Below, piece after piece: positions 1 through 8,128 of a stretch of DNA of 64,000 nt. How positions within the stretch are numbered: position 1 is the first letter of the stretch; each line of letters opens with the position of its first letter. Location of the stretch: the IMG/VR virus record IMGVR_UViG_3300044730_000851, positions 1-64,000 of that record; one strand, given 5' to 3'. Made by a program: the position numbers and the translations under genes. The notes below the pieces were generated by a model. The model was not told the origin of the DNA. It was given only the letters and a program-made list of their open reading frames with translations, and ran no database searches. The DNA is from a virus.

Positions 1-83
1 CGACCACCATGAAGTACCTCCACAAGGTGGAATCACAGCGAAACGTGGCCCGCGACATCATCCAGTCCTGGGGCGTCTCCTAA
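1..83 (+). CDS. 3' end of probable tyrosine recombinase/integrase (partial)
   Basis: Frame from nt 3 reads TTMKYLHKVESQRNVARDIIQSWGVS*. TTxxYxH matches the catalytic Tyr box II of tyrosine recombinases. Only 26 codons are visible. Confidence 0.55.
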   Translation, partial: TTMKYLHKVESQRNVARDIIQSWGVS

Positions 84-92
84 GTCAGCACA

Positions 93-131
93 AGGCCCCG
101 GTCGCAGGTATATGAACCACGACCGGGGCCT
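93..131. terminator. Probable bidirectional terminator hairpin between convergent genes
   Basis: 12-bp inverted repeat AGGCCCCGGTCG (93-104) / CGACCGGGGCCT (120-131), lying between the stop at 83 (+) and the stop at 145 (-). Confidence 0.65.
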
Positions 132-144
132 ACGTGCGGGACGA

Positions 145-411
145 CTACGCGTCGACCGATACCTCTACAGCGGCCGTGAGCGTGAAACCGTCCCCGTTGA
201 CGTCAGTCCAGGCCAGGCGAGAACGACCCGCCTTGGCGGCCAGGTGACGCTTGGCAGCCGCGGACGTCGTAAACGCCGCGTACTCGACGACCTCCGGGGG
301 GAAACCGTCATCAGTGGGGGCGTCGATGAGGTAGTAAGCCAGCCATGCGCCCTGAGGCTGCTGGTTCTTTACTGCGTTGAGGCGGTAGGTCGCCTTCTTC
401 TTGCGTGTCAC
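145..411 (-). CDS. hypothetical protein
   Basis: 88 aa ORF whose GTG start overlaps the RNR stop (GTGA). Confidence 0.7.
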   Translation of the reverse strand: MTRKKKATYRLNAVKNQQPQGAWLAYYLIDAPTDDGFPPEVVEYAAFTTSAAAKRHLAAKAGRSRLAWTDVNGDGFTLTAAVEVSVDA

Positions 412-2432
412 TTCTGGATCTCCTTGATCTCGCAGGCGTCTGTTGTGCAGTACATTTCGCCGATGGCGTCCGCCGCCATCCCCGCGTACACCGGAGACAG
501 ATCCACGGGCAGGATCTTCCTGCAGTACTCGTCGTACTCCTCTGCCGTAATCTGCGTGTAGGGCATCTGCGGGTAGACCTCGTTACCCTGGGGAAGGAAC
601 GAGATCGTCTTGAGTTGTCCGTCGTACATGTGAAGCACGCGGGCAACGTGATCCCTCTCGGTCTCCTGGTTGAACGAGACCGTGACGGAAACTGAATTGT
701 CGGACCAGTACCTCTGGGCCGTGGCCGCTAGCGCGGCCTTCTCGAAGATGGTGACCTCCTTATCCGAGCGCATGGCGTCGGAAGCCACCGGAAAGAAGAC
801 CACGCTGGTCGTGTCCGGACTCTCGCTGGCAGGCTCGACGGTGTACCCCGCGGCCCGGAACAGCGGGAGCATCGGGTCGGAGTTGCCGAACCGGATGGCC
901 CGTAGGAAGTACTGACCGCCCGGAGTCCAGTGCACACCCGGGGACTCCCCGGCCAGGATCGACACCGTGCCCGAGGGCTTGACGGTCGTGGTCTTGATGG
1001 ACTCGCGGATACCCAGCCATTCTGAGTAGATGTCGTCGTATGTCTTGATGACCTCGTACCCGTAGTCCATCCACTCTCGCAGGCGGGGCAGACCGTGCTT
1101 GTCTGCGAAGTTGGCGATGCCCGACATCGAGGTCCCAATGCGCCTATTGCGCTGCATGATCGCGTTCGTCTCCTCCCAATGCGTGGGCAGGAGGGTCACC
1201 GACTTGGCGTACAGGTAAGCGAACTTCAGAGTCCGATGGAAGTCCTCCAAGGACTCATGGCGGTTCAGGTACGTCTCGACGAGGGTGCACATCTCGTAGG
1301 ACTCCAGGGACTGCTCTGCGCAAGGGTTGTACCCGGCCACGCGCGAGTCCTTGTCGCTCGGGGGATCAATGAGCCGCCCGTACTGGCGGGAAACGTCCAT
1401 CCAGATGACGCCAGGCTCGCCGTTGAGGGCGATCCCCTCCACAATGTTGGACAGGTCGGACCCAACCGAAACCGCGACAGAGTTATTCGACATCCAGGCC
1501 CAGCCCGGAGCCTTTGGGTCGTAGGAGTTCCTATCCGGAAACGCCTCTGGGTTCTTGAGGTTGAGGAATTCCTTGTCGTCCACCTGACCGATCAGCAACT
1601 CAGCGCTGCGACGGACATTTCCGCTGACTACGCAGACGCCGATCAGATTTCCGATATCAGCGATATCAACACGCGTCAGATGGGCACCTGCCCGACCGTC
1701 GAAGACTTTCCGGATAGTCGCGTGTAGTTTCATTAGGGGGGCCGGTCCCGCTGCAGTCCCCCCGAATGTACGGATCGGCTCCCCTTCGGGACGGATCTGC
1801 GAGTAGTCGAATTCCCAGGTCGGCTGGTCCGGGCGCAGGTAGGAGTTGACGAGCATGCTGAGCGACTCCACCCAGCCCTCGCGGGTATCTGGGATCTGAT
1901 AAGTCTGAGGCTCGGCGGGCTCGTAGATAACGAACTCACGGTCGGCTCCACGGTTGTCGAACCCGACCCCGACGCCCAACATCGAGGCCTCCATCAAGAA
2001 GGCGAACGGCGCTGCTGGGTTGTGCTTGGACATATTCTTGGTGGACACGAACGCGCAGTTCTGCAGGGCCGCAGAGTTGCGCTGCTCGTTCACCAGGGGA
2101 GTGCCCATCATCCACAGCCCACGGCCCGGAGGCGTCCACTTCAGATCAAACAACCGGTCGAAGGCCTCCTTCGCCGAAGCCTGGGCCTTGTTCTCGTTCC
2201 AGGGCAGTCGGCTGCTCTTGCAGTGGTCCTTCTGCAGTGAATACATCCCGTTGATGACGCGCTCGCAGACGTCTACCCAGGTTTCTTTGGTTCCGTCGTC
2301 GCGTACCCGCGAGTACGTTCGAAGAAACGTGATCTCTCCGACGCTGTTCTTCCCCGCGTCTCGGTACCCAAAGGGCGCCGGAGTGGTGCGGTAGTTGTCG
2401 ACGAAATCAGGCGATAGACGGAACGACAGCAA
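408..2432 (-). CDS. nrdJ: Class II (adenosylcobalamin-dependent) ribonucleoside-triphosphate reductase
   Basis: TFLRTYSR, PPGRGLW, LQNC, VVSGNVRRSA, NPCAEQ (radical Cys), TTVKPSGTVS and C-terminal CTTDAC redox pair. Confidence 0.95.
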   Translation of the reverse strand: MLSFRLSPDFVDNYRTTPAPFGYRDAGKNSVGEITFLRTYSRVRDDGTKETWVDVCERVINGMYSLQKDHCKSSRLPWNENKAQASAKEAFDRLFDLKWTPPGRGLWMMGTPLVNEQRNSAALQNCAFVSTKNMSKHNPAAPFAFLMEASMLGVGVGFDNRGADREFVIYEPAEPQTYQIPDTREGWVESLSMLVNSYLRPDQPTWEFDYSQIRPEGEPIRTFGGTAAGPAPLMKLHATIRKVFDGRAGAHLTRVDIADIGNLIGVCVVSGNVRRSAELLIGQVDDKEFLNLKNPEAFPDRNSYDPKAPGWAWMSNNSVAVSVGSDLSNIVEGIALNGEPGVIWMDVSRQYGRLIDPPSDKDSRVAGYNPCAEQSLESYEMCTLVETYLNRHESLEDFHRTLKFAYLYAKSVTLLPTHWEETNAIMQRNRRIGTSMSGIANFADKHGLPRLREWMDYGYEVIKTYDDIYSEWLGIRESIKTTTVKPSGTVSILAGESPGVHWTPGGQYFLRAIRFGNSDPMLPLFRAAGYTVEPASESPDTTSVVFFPVASDAMRSDKEVTIFEKAALAATAQRYWSDNSVSVTVSFNQETERDHVARVLHMYDGQLKTISFLPQGNEVYPQMPYTQITAEEYDEYCRKILPVDLSPVYAGMAADAIGEMYCTTDACEIKEIQK

Positions 2433-2550
2433 CGGAGTCTCCCTCTGCGAGTTGGATGAATGGACTGATGCAAGAACAGCCTGTGGGTATTACGTCAGGG
2501 TGCCGATGTGGTGTGCGAAGTTCATGCTGAAGAAGAGAACGTCTCTGTGC

Positions 2551-2739
2551 TCACACCCCCCGCTGGGCGTTCAGTTCATCGGACAGCGCGAGCATGGCGC
2601 GCCATCCTGGGTCTCCGCTCTCCTGCAGGATCCGGGCGCTCTGCTCCGCCACCGACGCGAGGCTCAGACGCTCGCGGGCGGCAGCGTCCTTCTCGATCTG
2701 CTGGGTGTCCAGTTCCTGCCCGCACTGCCAGCACTTCAT
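2551..2739 (-). CDS. hypothetical protein (N-terminal CxxC)
   Basis: MKCWQCGQELD...; ATG at 2739 overlaps the stop of the upstream micro-ORF (ATGA). Confidence 0.6.
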   Translation of the reverse strand: MKCWQCGQELDTQQIEKDAAARERLSLASVAEQSARILQESGDPGWRAMLALSDELNAQRGV

Positions 2740-2846
2740 AGATCCGCCCAATCGTCGCAGTCGCCGCAGAACCACTCTCCGGCCTCGGCGTCGTAGTCCC
2801 AGGTCTTCTCCCCGCAACGGCGGCAGGTTCGAAACTTGGCACTCAT
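2736..2846 (-). CDS. 36-aa zinc-ribbon microprotein (not in ORF track)
   Basis: MSAKFRTCRRCGEKTWDYDAEAGEWFCGDCDDWADL*: two CxxC pairs, ATGA coupling to the next gene, and a promoter directly upstream. Confidence 0.6.
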   Translation of the reverse strand: MSAKFRTCRRCGEKTWDYDAEAGEWFCGDCDDWADL

Positions 2847-2867
2847 GACGTAATACCGACTAGCGGC

Positions 2868-2896
2868 ACAATAGACAACGCGCGGGCAACTGGCAA
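2868..2896 (-). promoter_or_regulatory. Sigma70/SigA-like promoter
   Basis: TTGCCA-N17-TATTGT on the minus strand, preceded by GCCTAC as at 22376. Confidence 0.55.
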
Positions 2897-2940
2897 GTAG
2901 GCAAGACGGTGATTCATGGTCCTAAAGTCCTGTTATCAAC

Positions 2941-4440
2941 TCAGTCTTCGATGGCCTGTTGAATGATTCGGGTAGCCGCAGACTCATCAAGACCGCCGTT
3001 CTCTAGTTCTCTCAACTGGGTAGCGCGGTCTCCGAAGATGGCGCTGAGGACGCCACCGCCGCCCTGTCGCTCGAAGGTCATCTTGACGAACTCGCGGTTG
3101 TCCTCCATCTTCTTCAACTGCTCGACCAACTTGAACAGGCGATCCATTTCCTGAGACGTATTCGGATCCGGATACCCGCCGTTGAGTTCCTCGGCGTACC
3201 TGGCGAAGGCCACACGGGCGCTTTGCATCTCGATAATGGTCGTTAGGAGGGCCATGAGTTGGTCCTTCGTCTTAATCTCAACCGGGAGACTGAAGGCGCA
3301 AGCGCTGCTCGGCTTGAACGCCGGACAGTTCGCAGCAACAAAACAGGTGTTGCACTGACGCAGACTGGCGCCCGTGGATTCAATGACGGGGGCTTCCCTA
3401 ATGACAGGACGACCGGACTCGTCGGTCTCCACCAGAGTCTTGGTAGTAACGCCGACTACGGGCAGGATCCCCTGCTCGGAGAGGTCTCGCGGGGCAGGGA
3501 TCCGCGACGAAGGTTTCCGCACCTCTGCGTCCCTGTTACCAACTTCTCCGGATAACATCTCCGCGATTTCCGCATCCGGGACGTCCACTGTTATCAACTC
3601 ATTACTGGGCTCTTCTTCACCGACCACGAAAAGTGGCGGGCGCCCATCGCGCTTAGACACTGAATCCTCCAGTTGCTGATACGACCAGATAGCGAGGCGA
3701 GTGACCTCTTTGGCGTCGTCGGCCACGATGGCCTCGTAGTCCAGGCCCGCACGCTCAACCACTGCCTTGTACCGACGGCGGGCCTGGTCTTTCTGCTTCT
3801 TCTGGTACCTCTTCAGAGACGTCCCGTCCCAGACGATGGTCTCCCCACGCATCATGGGACTAGCCCACGACAGGGTGCTTGCGGTCGCGAAAGGGATCTG
3901 CCGAAGGTTGTCGGGACGGCTAATTGAGAGCGCGTGCCAAGTCGTGCTGAAGATCCCCGAGAGCGACCGGGTCATGGCCGCCAGACTGGAGTCTGACTCG
4001 ATGGCCGAACTGGATATGGCCACTTCGGAGTAGTCGGAAGCCAACTGCTGCAGGTTGGCGGGAGTACCTCGACCGTCCCAAACGGGCCAGAACTTGGGGC
4101 CCGCCTGCTGGAAGAACTTCCGCTGCTCATCTCGCCAGCGAGGTCCCAAATCTGCGTGGTTGAACTCTACGAATCCAGCCAAGTCGTCAAGATGTGTGAC
4201 GACGAAGTCTTGGTAGTCAGCGGCTAGTTGCTCCAGATCGCCATCCACGGACTCCGTCAGGCCCGGATGGACCACGATGAGGGATCCCTCGGGGAAGTAG
4301 TCCCAGAATGAGAACTCCTTCGTCTTGGGAAACCCGCGCTTGAGGGCCCGCGTGTACGAAAACCCAAAGGCGTTCACATGAGAGTCAATCAGCAGTTTTC
4401 TATTTGAGGGGACCTCGGCACCCAAGTAAATGAGTTTCAC
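2941..4440 (-). CDS. TGT/queuine-ribosyltransferase-like fold protein (degenerate active site) with C-terminal Cys4 domain
   Basis: Motif order MKLIYLG..., PVWD, EVAI, WHAL, PFATASTLSW resembles phage TGT-like proteins (DSG, PVWH, HGFG, PFxSVDSxSW). C-terminal CNTC-x5-C-x8-C. Confidence 0.45.
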   Translation of the reverse strand: MKLIYLGAEVPSNRKLLIDSHVNAFGFSYTRALKRGFPKTKEFSFWDYFPEGSLIVVHPGLTESVDGDLEQLAADYQDFVVTHLDDLAGFVEFNHADLGPRWRDEQRKFFQQAGPKFWPVWDGRGTPANLQQLASDYSEVAISSSAIESDSSLAAMTRSLSGIFSTTWHALSISRPDNLRQIPFATASTLSWASPMMRGETIVWDGTSLKRYQKKQKDQARRRYKAVVERAGLDYEAIVADDAKEVTRLAIWSYQQLEDSVSKRDGRPPLFVVGEEEPSNELITVDVPDAEIAEMLSGEVGNRDAEVRKPSSRIPAPRDLSEQGILPVVGVTTKTLVETDESGRPVIREAPVIESTGASLRQCNTCFVAANCPAFKPSSACAFSLPVEIKTKDQLMALLTTIIEMQSARVAFARYAEELNGGYPDPNTSQEMDRLFKLVEQLKKMEDNREFVKMTFERQGGGGVLSAIFGDRATQLRELENGGLDESAATRIIQQAIED

Positions 4441-4925
4441 TCCCAGGTGCCCATCTCTGCAGGACGGACCCTCGGATCAGTGGCCTTGAGAGCCTGCTGC
4501 CGGGTCCTTTCTGCAACCACTTCGTCCCATGGGCGCACCGTCTTGCTCGCGTCGGGACGGAAGGCGTAGTGGGAATACTCGGACTCTACGAACAGCAGGG
4601 TCGTTAGCCCGCGGGCCAGGGCGGTGGCCGCACGCTGCGGGTCTGCCTCCACGTACAGACTGATCGGGCCTCGGTTGGCGGCGACCTCCAACTGACGGTC
4701 TCGTAGGTCGTCTTTGGGGTCGATCTCAACGGAGTCGCTCAGCAGGTCGTCGTAGTCGATCACGTTGTTGATGAGGAGCCAGCCCTCAGCACGTTGCCGG
4801 GACATCTCCGTCACCAGAACCACACGGCCCATGGCCTTCATGGCTCTGTAGACGATGAGTCCCTTTTGCACCAGATCCCCGGTGGGTCCGCAGAGGACAC
4901 CATCGAGGGAGACCACGATGTTCAT
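4437..4925 (-). CDS. HAD-superfamily-like protein (motif I degenerate)
   Basis: N-terminal IVVSLDGVL (DxD replaced by SxD), VVLVT motif II-like, LYVEAD motif IV-like. Confidence 0.55.
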   Translation of the reverse strand: MNIVVSLDGVLCGPTGDLVQKGLIVYRAMKAMGRVVLVTEMSRQRAEGWLLINNVIDYDDLLSDSVEIDPKDDLRDRQLEVAANRGPISLYVEADPQRAATALARGLTTLLFVESEYSHYAFRPDASKTVRPWDEVVAERTRQQALKATDPRVRPAEMGTWE

Positions 4926-4927
4926 GG

Positions 4928-5917
4928 CTAAGGCGCCGCCCGGTACATGGCAGAACGTCGAACGAGAGTATCGGTGTCAGGCAGTTCGACCCCGTATGTC
5001 TCGAATTCAGCCTGATCGTGAGCGTCCTTGAGGTACTCGCGAATCTTGCGGGAGGCCTGCACAACACCGTTCCGCTTCCCGGCCTGCCACCGGTAGTTGT
5101 TGAAATCCGCGTACCCGGATCCGGCGGGGCCGAATGCAGATCTACGTCCGTCGTGCAGTTCCTCATACAGACCGGCTGCCGCGTCCATAATCCTCTGAAG
5201 GTGCGTCTCGGCGTTGGCTCGGTGTGCCGGGTTGGTAGCAGCCTGAACCTGGCGCAACGCGGACGAGTACTCATCCACCAAGTCGGCTGCGAACTGCCGA
5301 TCCCGCTCAGCAGTCATCTCCCAAGCGGGGTTGAGAGTGGTAGCGCCGCGGGTCGGGACGACCGCCCACTCATCCTCCGTTACGTCGTAAGCGGCGTACG
5401 GGTTGATCGTCTTGATGTCGTCCCGGCGATTGCCTACGCCGCGGTTCACGTACGCTGTGACTTCGTATACGACGTCTTGCGTGTTGAACGGGAACTCGCC
5501 CAGCGGCGTGCTCAACTCGTCAAAGAAAAGTTGGTTGAGTGCCGCCGTAATCTCGCTGTCAGTCAGGCCCACGTATGCCGGATTGGCGCGACGCAGTTGA
5601 ACGAAGTCAACGCCCACCATCAAGTCGAGATCTCCGTTGGCCTGCCACTGGTATGAAACTCCGCTACCGGCAACCCAGATGCGCACCCACGACTCTGGAT
5701 GCAGGAAGGACCCGCTCAGCACAGACTTCAGAGGACTCTCACTGAGGACTGTGTGGATCAGACGGAGCATCCATTGACGAACCTCAGTCTTGAGGCTGTT
5801 GCCGTCAAAGAGGACCGGGTCCAGGGTCTCGGCGTGCTCGGAAAAGTACGACGTCGCAGAAGGACTGAGCATCACCGACTGTGCCACAGATGACAGCAGA
5901 TTCCTTGCGCGCGTCAT
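4928..5917 (-). CDS. Pol-beta-superfamily nucleotidyltransferase
   Basis: hGS...DLD signature (VAGSGVSYQWQANGDLDLMV) with a downstream acidic strand YEVTAYV. Confidence 0.7.
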   Translation of the reverse strand: MTRARNLLSSVAQSVMLSPSATSYFSEHAETLDPVLFDGNSLKTEVRQWMLRLIHTVLSESPLKSVLSGSFLHPESWVRIWVAGSGVSYQWQANGDLDLMVGVDFVQLRRANPAYVGLTDSEITAALNQLFFDELSTPLGEFPFNTQDVVYEVTAYVNRGVGNRRDDIKTINPYAAYDVTEDEWAVVPTRGATTLNPAWEMTAERDRQFAADLVDEYSSALRQVQAATNPAHRANAETHLQRIMDAAAGLYEELHDGRRSAFGPAGSGYADFNNYRWQAGKRNGVVQASRKIREYLKDAHDQAEFETYGVELPDTDTLVRRSAMYRAAP

Positions 5918-5922
5918 GGGAT

Positions 5923-6168
5923 CTATCCTCCCTCGTCGAGTCCGTCTGTGTCGTCGTTAAGTCGCGGCTTGACGACCTTCTTGCGGACAGCCGGGAGTTC
6001 AGTTGCGTCTAAAGGCTCTCCGTGCTGGTTTACCGGAGTCATGTACCCGCACGGTACGTGCGCGTTTGCGAACCGGTGCATCATCATCCAGAGCGCCGAC
6101 GACTCGTCCTCGTCACCGTCACAGTTGAAGTACGAGTCGCAGTGCCCGCACACCATTTCCACGTACAT
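5923..6168 (-). CDS. hypothetical protein (CxxC...HxxC metal site)
   Basis: CGHC near the N-terminus and HVPC; RBS GAGGAG upstream. Confidence 0.75.
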   Translation of the reverse strand: MYVEMVCGHCDSYFNCDGDEDESSALWMMMHRFANAHVPCGYMTPVNQHGEPLDATELPAVRKKVVKPRLNDDTDGLDEGG

Positions 6169-6170
6169 GA

Positions 6171-6455
6171 CTACTCCTCATCCTCAAGACGCTTGCTGAG
6201 GGCCTCGGACACGCGGTCCGCAGGGGTGGGGTCCGCTGACAAGTTGTCGTAGGCCTGCAGAGTCCCTGCCATCAAGACGCGGCCGACATTCCTTACCAAC
6301 TGCGAACCGTAAGTTTCGACGTCGTAGAGAGTGGCGGTACGGGAAACCGCAACAGCGGGTAGCGCATCGGTGTGGACACTGATGACACCGTTGTTGTCAA
6401 CGACCACCAAGAAGGCGGTCTGCACGGGGGTGGGCTCGATCGTGGGCTCACTCAC
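6171..6455 (-). CDS. hypothetical protein
   Basis: 94 aa, GTGA-coupled to the upstream gene. Confidence 0.75.
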   Translation of the reverse strand: MSEPTIEPTPVQTAFLVVVDNNGVISVHTDALPAVAVSRTATLYDVETYGSQLVRNVGRVLMAGTLQAYDNLSADPTPADRVSEALSKRLEDEE

Positions 6456-6997
6456 TTGTAGTCACCTCTCAGTTCGCGCATCTTGGTGGTGACGACGCTG
6501 TGGATCGGGCAGAACTGGCAGAGATACGTCTTGGGTCCTGGTGCGTTGGCGGGATCCACCAACCCCAACTCCTTGCGGTCCGCCTTAGTGTTCGGCAGAA
6601 GTCGCTTCGGTGGTGTGTTGTAGTCAGGGCATCCATCGGTAGGTCGCAGGTGCGCGTTGTAGCACTTCATCGCGTCTTCGGAGAATGTGTTTCGAGTTGC
6701 ATAGAACTCGGGGTCGAACTCGTCGATACCCGCGGAGCCCCCGCCCTTGATCTGCTCGACGATCTGCTTACGCGCGGCGGGGTTCTCCCACTGAAGTTGC
6801 GGAAGGCGGAAGAGGCGACCCACATGCGGCTCCCCCGACGGGAACTGGTGCCGGTCGACAAGAATCTGTAGAAGATGATCCTGCTCGGGAGGGCCGTCGT
6901 AGAGAGGTAGTTCCTCGATGCTGTCGCACACCGAGCAATGGAGTAGTCGAACCTCGGGGCCTTTAACCTCCGGAGGTTTCAAAAGCGGGACGGACAC
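6452..6997 (-). CDS. hypothetical Zn-binding protein
   Basis: HCSVC...H...H and C..H...C...CQFC ligand sets; AGGAG RBS. Confidence 0.8.
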   Translation of the reverse strand: MSVPLLKPPEVKGPEVRLLHCSVCDSIEELPLYDGPPEQDHLLQILVDRHQFPSGEPHVGRLFRLPQLQWENPAARKQIVEQIKGGGSAGIDEFDPEFYATRNTFSEDAMKCYNAHLRPTDGCPDYNTPPKRLLPNTKADRKELGLVDPANAPGPKTYLCQFCPIHSVVTTKMRELRGDYK

Positions 6998-7026
6998 AGA
7001 TACTCCTAGTAGTAGTCGATATACCG

Positions 7027-7055
7027 ACTCTAGGAGCGTTCAGCACAGCGGTCAG
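7027..7055 (-). promoter_or_regulatory. Putative phage-class promoter CTGACC-N17-TAGAGT within an RBS-sequestering hairpin
   Basis: Same CTGAC-N-17-nAnnnT geometry as four other intergenic sites; overlaps the inverted repeat 7003-7036. Confidence 0.5.
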
Positions 7056-7066
7056 GGCTTACTTTC

Positions 7067-7333
7067 TCAGAATGGGCCGACCCCAGCGCGGAAAGCGAGG
7101 TTCCTTGATTCGGGACCCACCTGGGGGTCGCTGGGACCGCGCATGCGATCAATCAGGCTTACTCCGGCGCGGATGGTCTGGCCTTCAGCGATTCCGCCAG
7201 CCACCCTAGAGACTCCCTGAGAAGCGCCCATCCGTGCGGCTCCAGCGGCGGCTCCGCGGCCCGCGGCACCGGCGATCATCGGTAGGGCACGTAGAGCAAC
7301 CATACCTGCCGCAGCAACAAGTGGAGCGGGCAT
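7067..7333 (-). CDS. small Ala/Gly-rich protein
   Basis: 88 aa ORF tightly packed in the operon. Confidence 0.65.
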   Translation of the reverse strand: MPAPLVAAAGMVALRALPMIAGAAGRGAAAGAARMGASQGVSRVAGGIAEGQTIRAGVSLIDRMRGPSDPQVGPESRNLAFRAGVGPF

Positions 7334-7335
7334 GA

Positions 7336-7557
7336 TCAGGCCTCGAAACTTTGACGGGTATTCGTGACCGGAGCCGGGTACTGGCTGTTGGGGAATCCGT
7401 ACCCGTGGAAGGGGTGCAGGCTGGAGCGCTCCTGGCGCACCATCTCCTCGCCCATGGCGGGGGCCAGGGTCGTGTCGGGGCGAGCCTTGCGGTAGCGACC
7501 GTCGGTCGCACCCTCGGCCAGGTCCGCGTTCATGGACCGGAACTGGTTAACAGCCAT
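7336..7557 (-). CDS. hypothetical protein (probable virion-associated)
   Basis: MAVNQFRSMNADLAEGATDGRY...; strong AAGGAGA RBS before ATG 7557. Confidence 0.75.
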   Translation of the reverse strand: MAVNQFRSMNADLAEGATDGRYRKARPDTTLAPAMGEEMVRQERSSLHPFHGYGFPNSQYPAPVTNTRQSFEA

Positions 7558-7565
7558 GATTCTCC

Positions 7566-7772
7566 TTAAGCCATTCTGTTCTTGACGCGCGAGGCGCCCT
7601 TCTGGGACGTGCAGTCGACGCAGGAGTTGCCCGCGTACATCACCTGAACCGGGGTCATGAGTCCACCGCAGCCCAGGCACGAAGCGGAGCCGTTGTACAT
7701 CGTGGCCAGGATGGCGTCCGGTGCACCACCGGACATCATCTCGACCATGCCAGCGCCGTCGCCGTCGTCCAT
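7566..7772 (-). CDS. small zinc-finger protein
   Basis: CLGC...CVDC; TAATG coupling. Confidence 0.7.
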   Translation of the reverse strand: MDDGDGAGMVEMMSGGAPDAILATMYNGSASCLGCGGLMTPVQVMYAGNSCVDCTSQKGASRVKNRMA

Positions 7773-8128
7773 TAGGCTCCCACCAGGCTGTTTCGTGATG
7801 TACCGCTGTACCCGGCAGGTCCGCCGCTGAACCAGGAGATACGAGGCTCGGAGTAGGTCCTACCTACATCCATGATGTCGAAAATCGTGGGAACCCGGTT
7901 GTCATACCCGTATCGATCTCTAAACGGAACTACCTGCGGAAGCGGTGGCCGAACCATCTCGGCCAACTCCGCCCCGGGCAGCACAGCGGCCTGCAGCGCC
8001 CGCTGTGTCATACGTTCTTCGTTAGACGCAAAGGGACCTAGGTACTGCCAGCGGGGAGCGATGGGCGAAGGAGAGACGCCCGGAGACCAGGGCTTGTGGT
8101 CGTATCGACCGTCAGGAATGTTCGCCAT
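7772..8128 (-). CDS. hypothetical protein
   Basis: 118 aa, TAATG coupled on both sides. Confidence 0.75.
   Translation of the reverse strand: MANIPDGRYDHKPWSPGVSPSPIAPRWQYLGPFASNEERMTQRALQAAVLPGAELAEMVRPPLPQVVPFRDRYGYDNRVPTIFDIMDVGRTYSEPRISWFSGGPAGYSGTSRNSLVGA

Noticed and set aside
2941-4440. Active DpdA 7-deazaguanine DNA modification
   Set aside because: Catalytic Asp motifs appear substituted and no folE/queC/queD/queE genes are in the window; kept only as a degenerate-fold finding.
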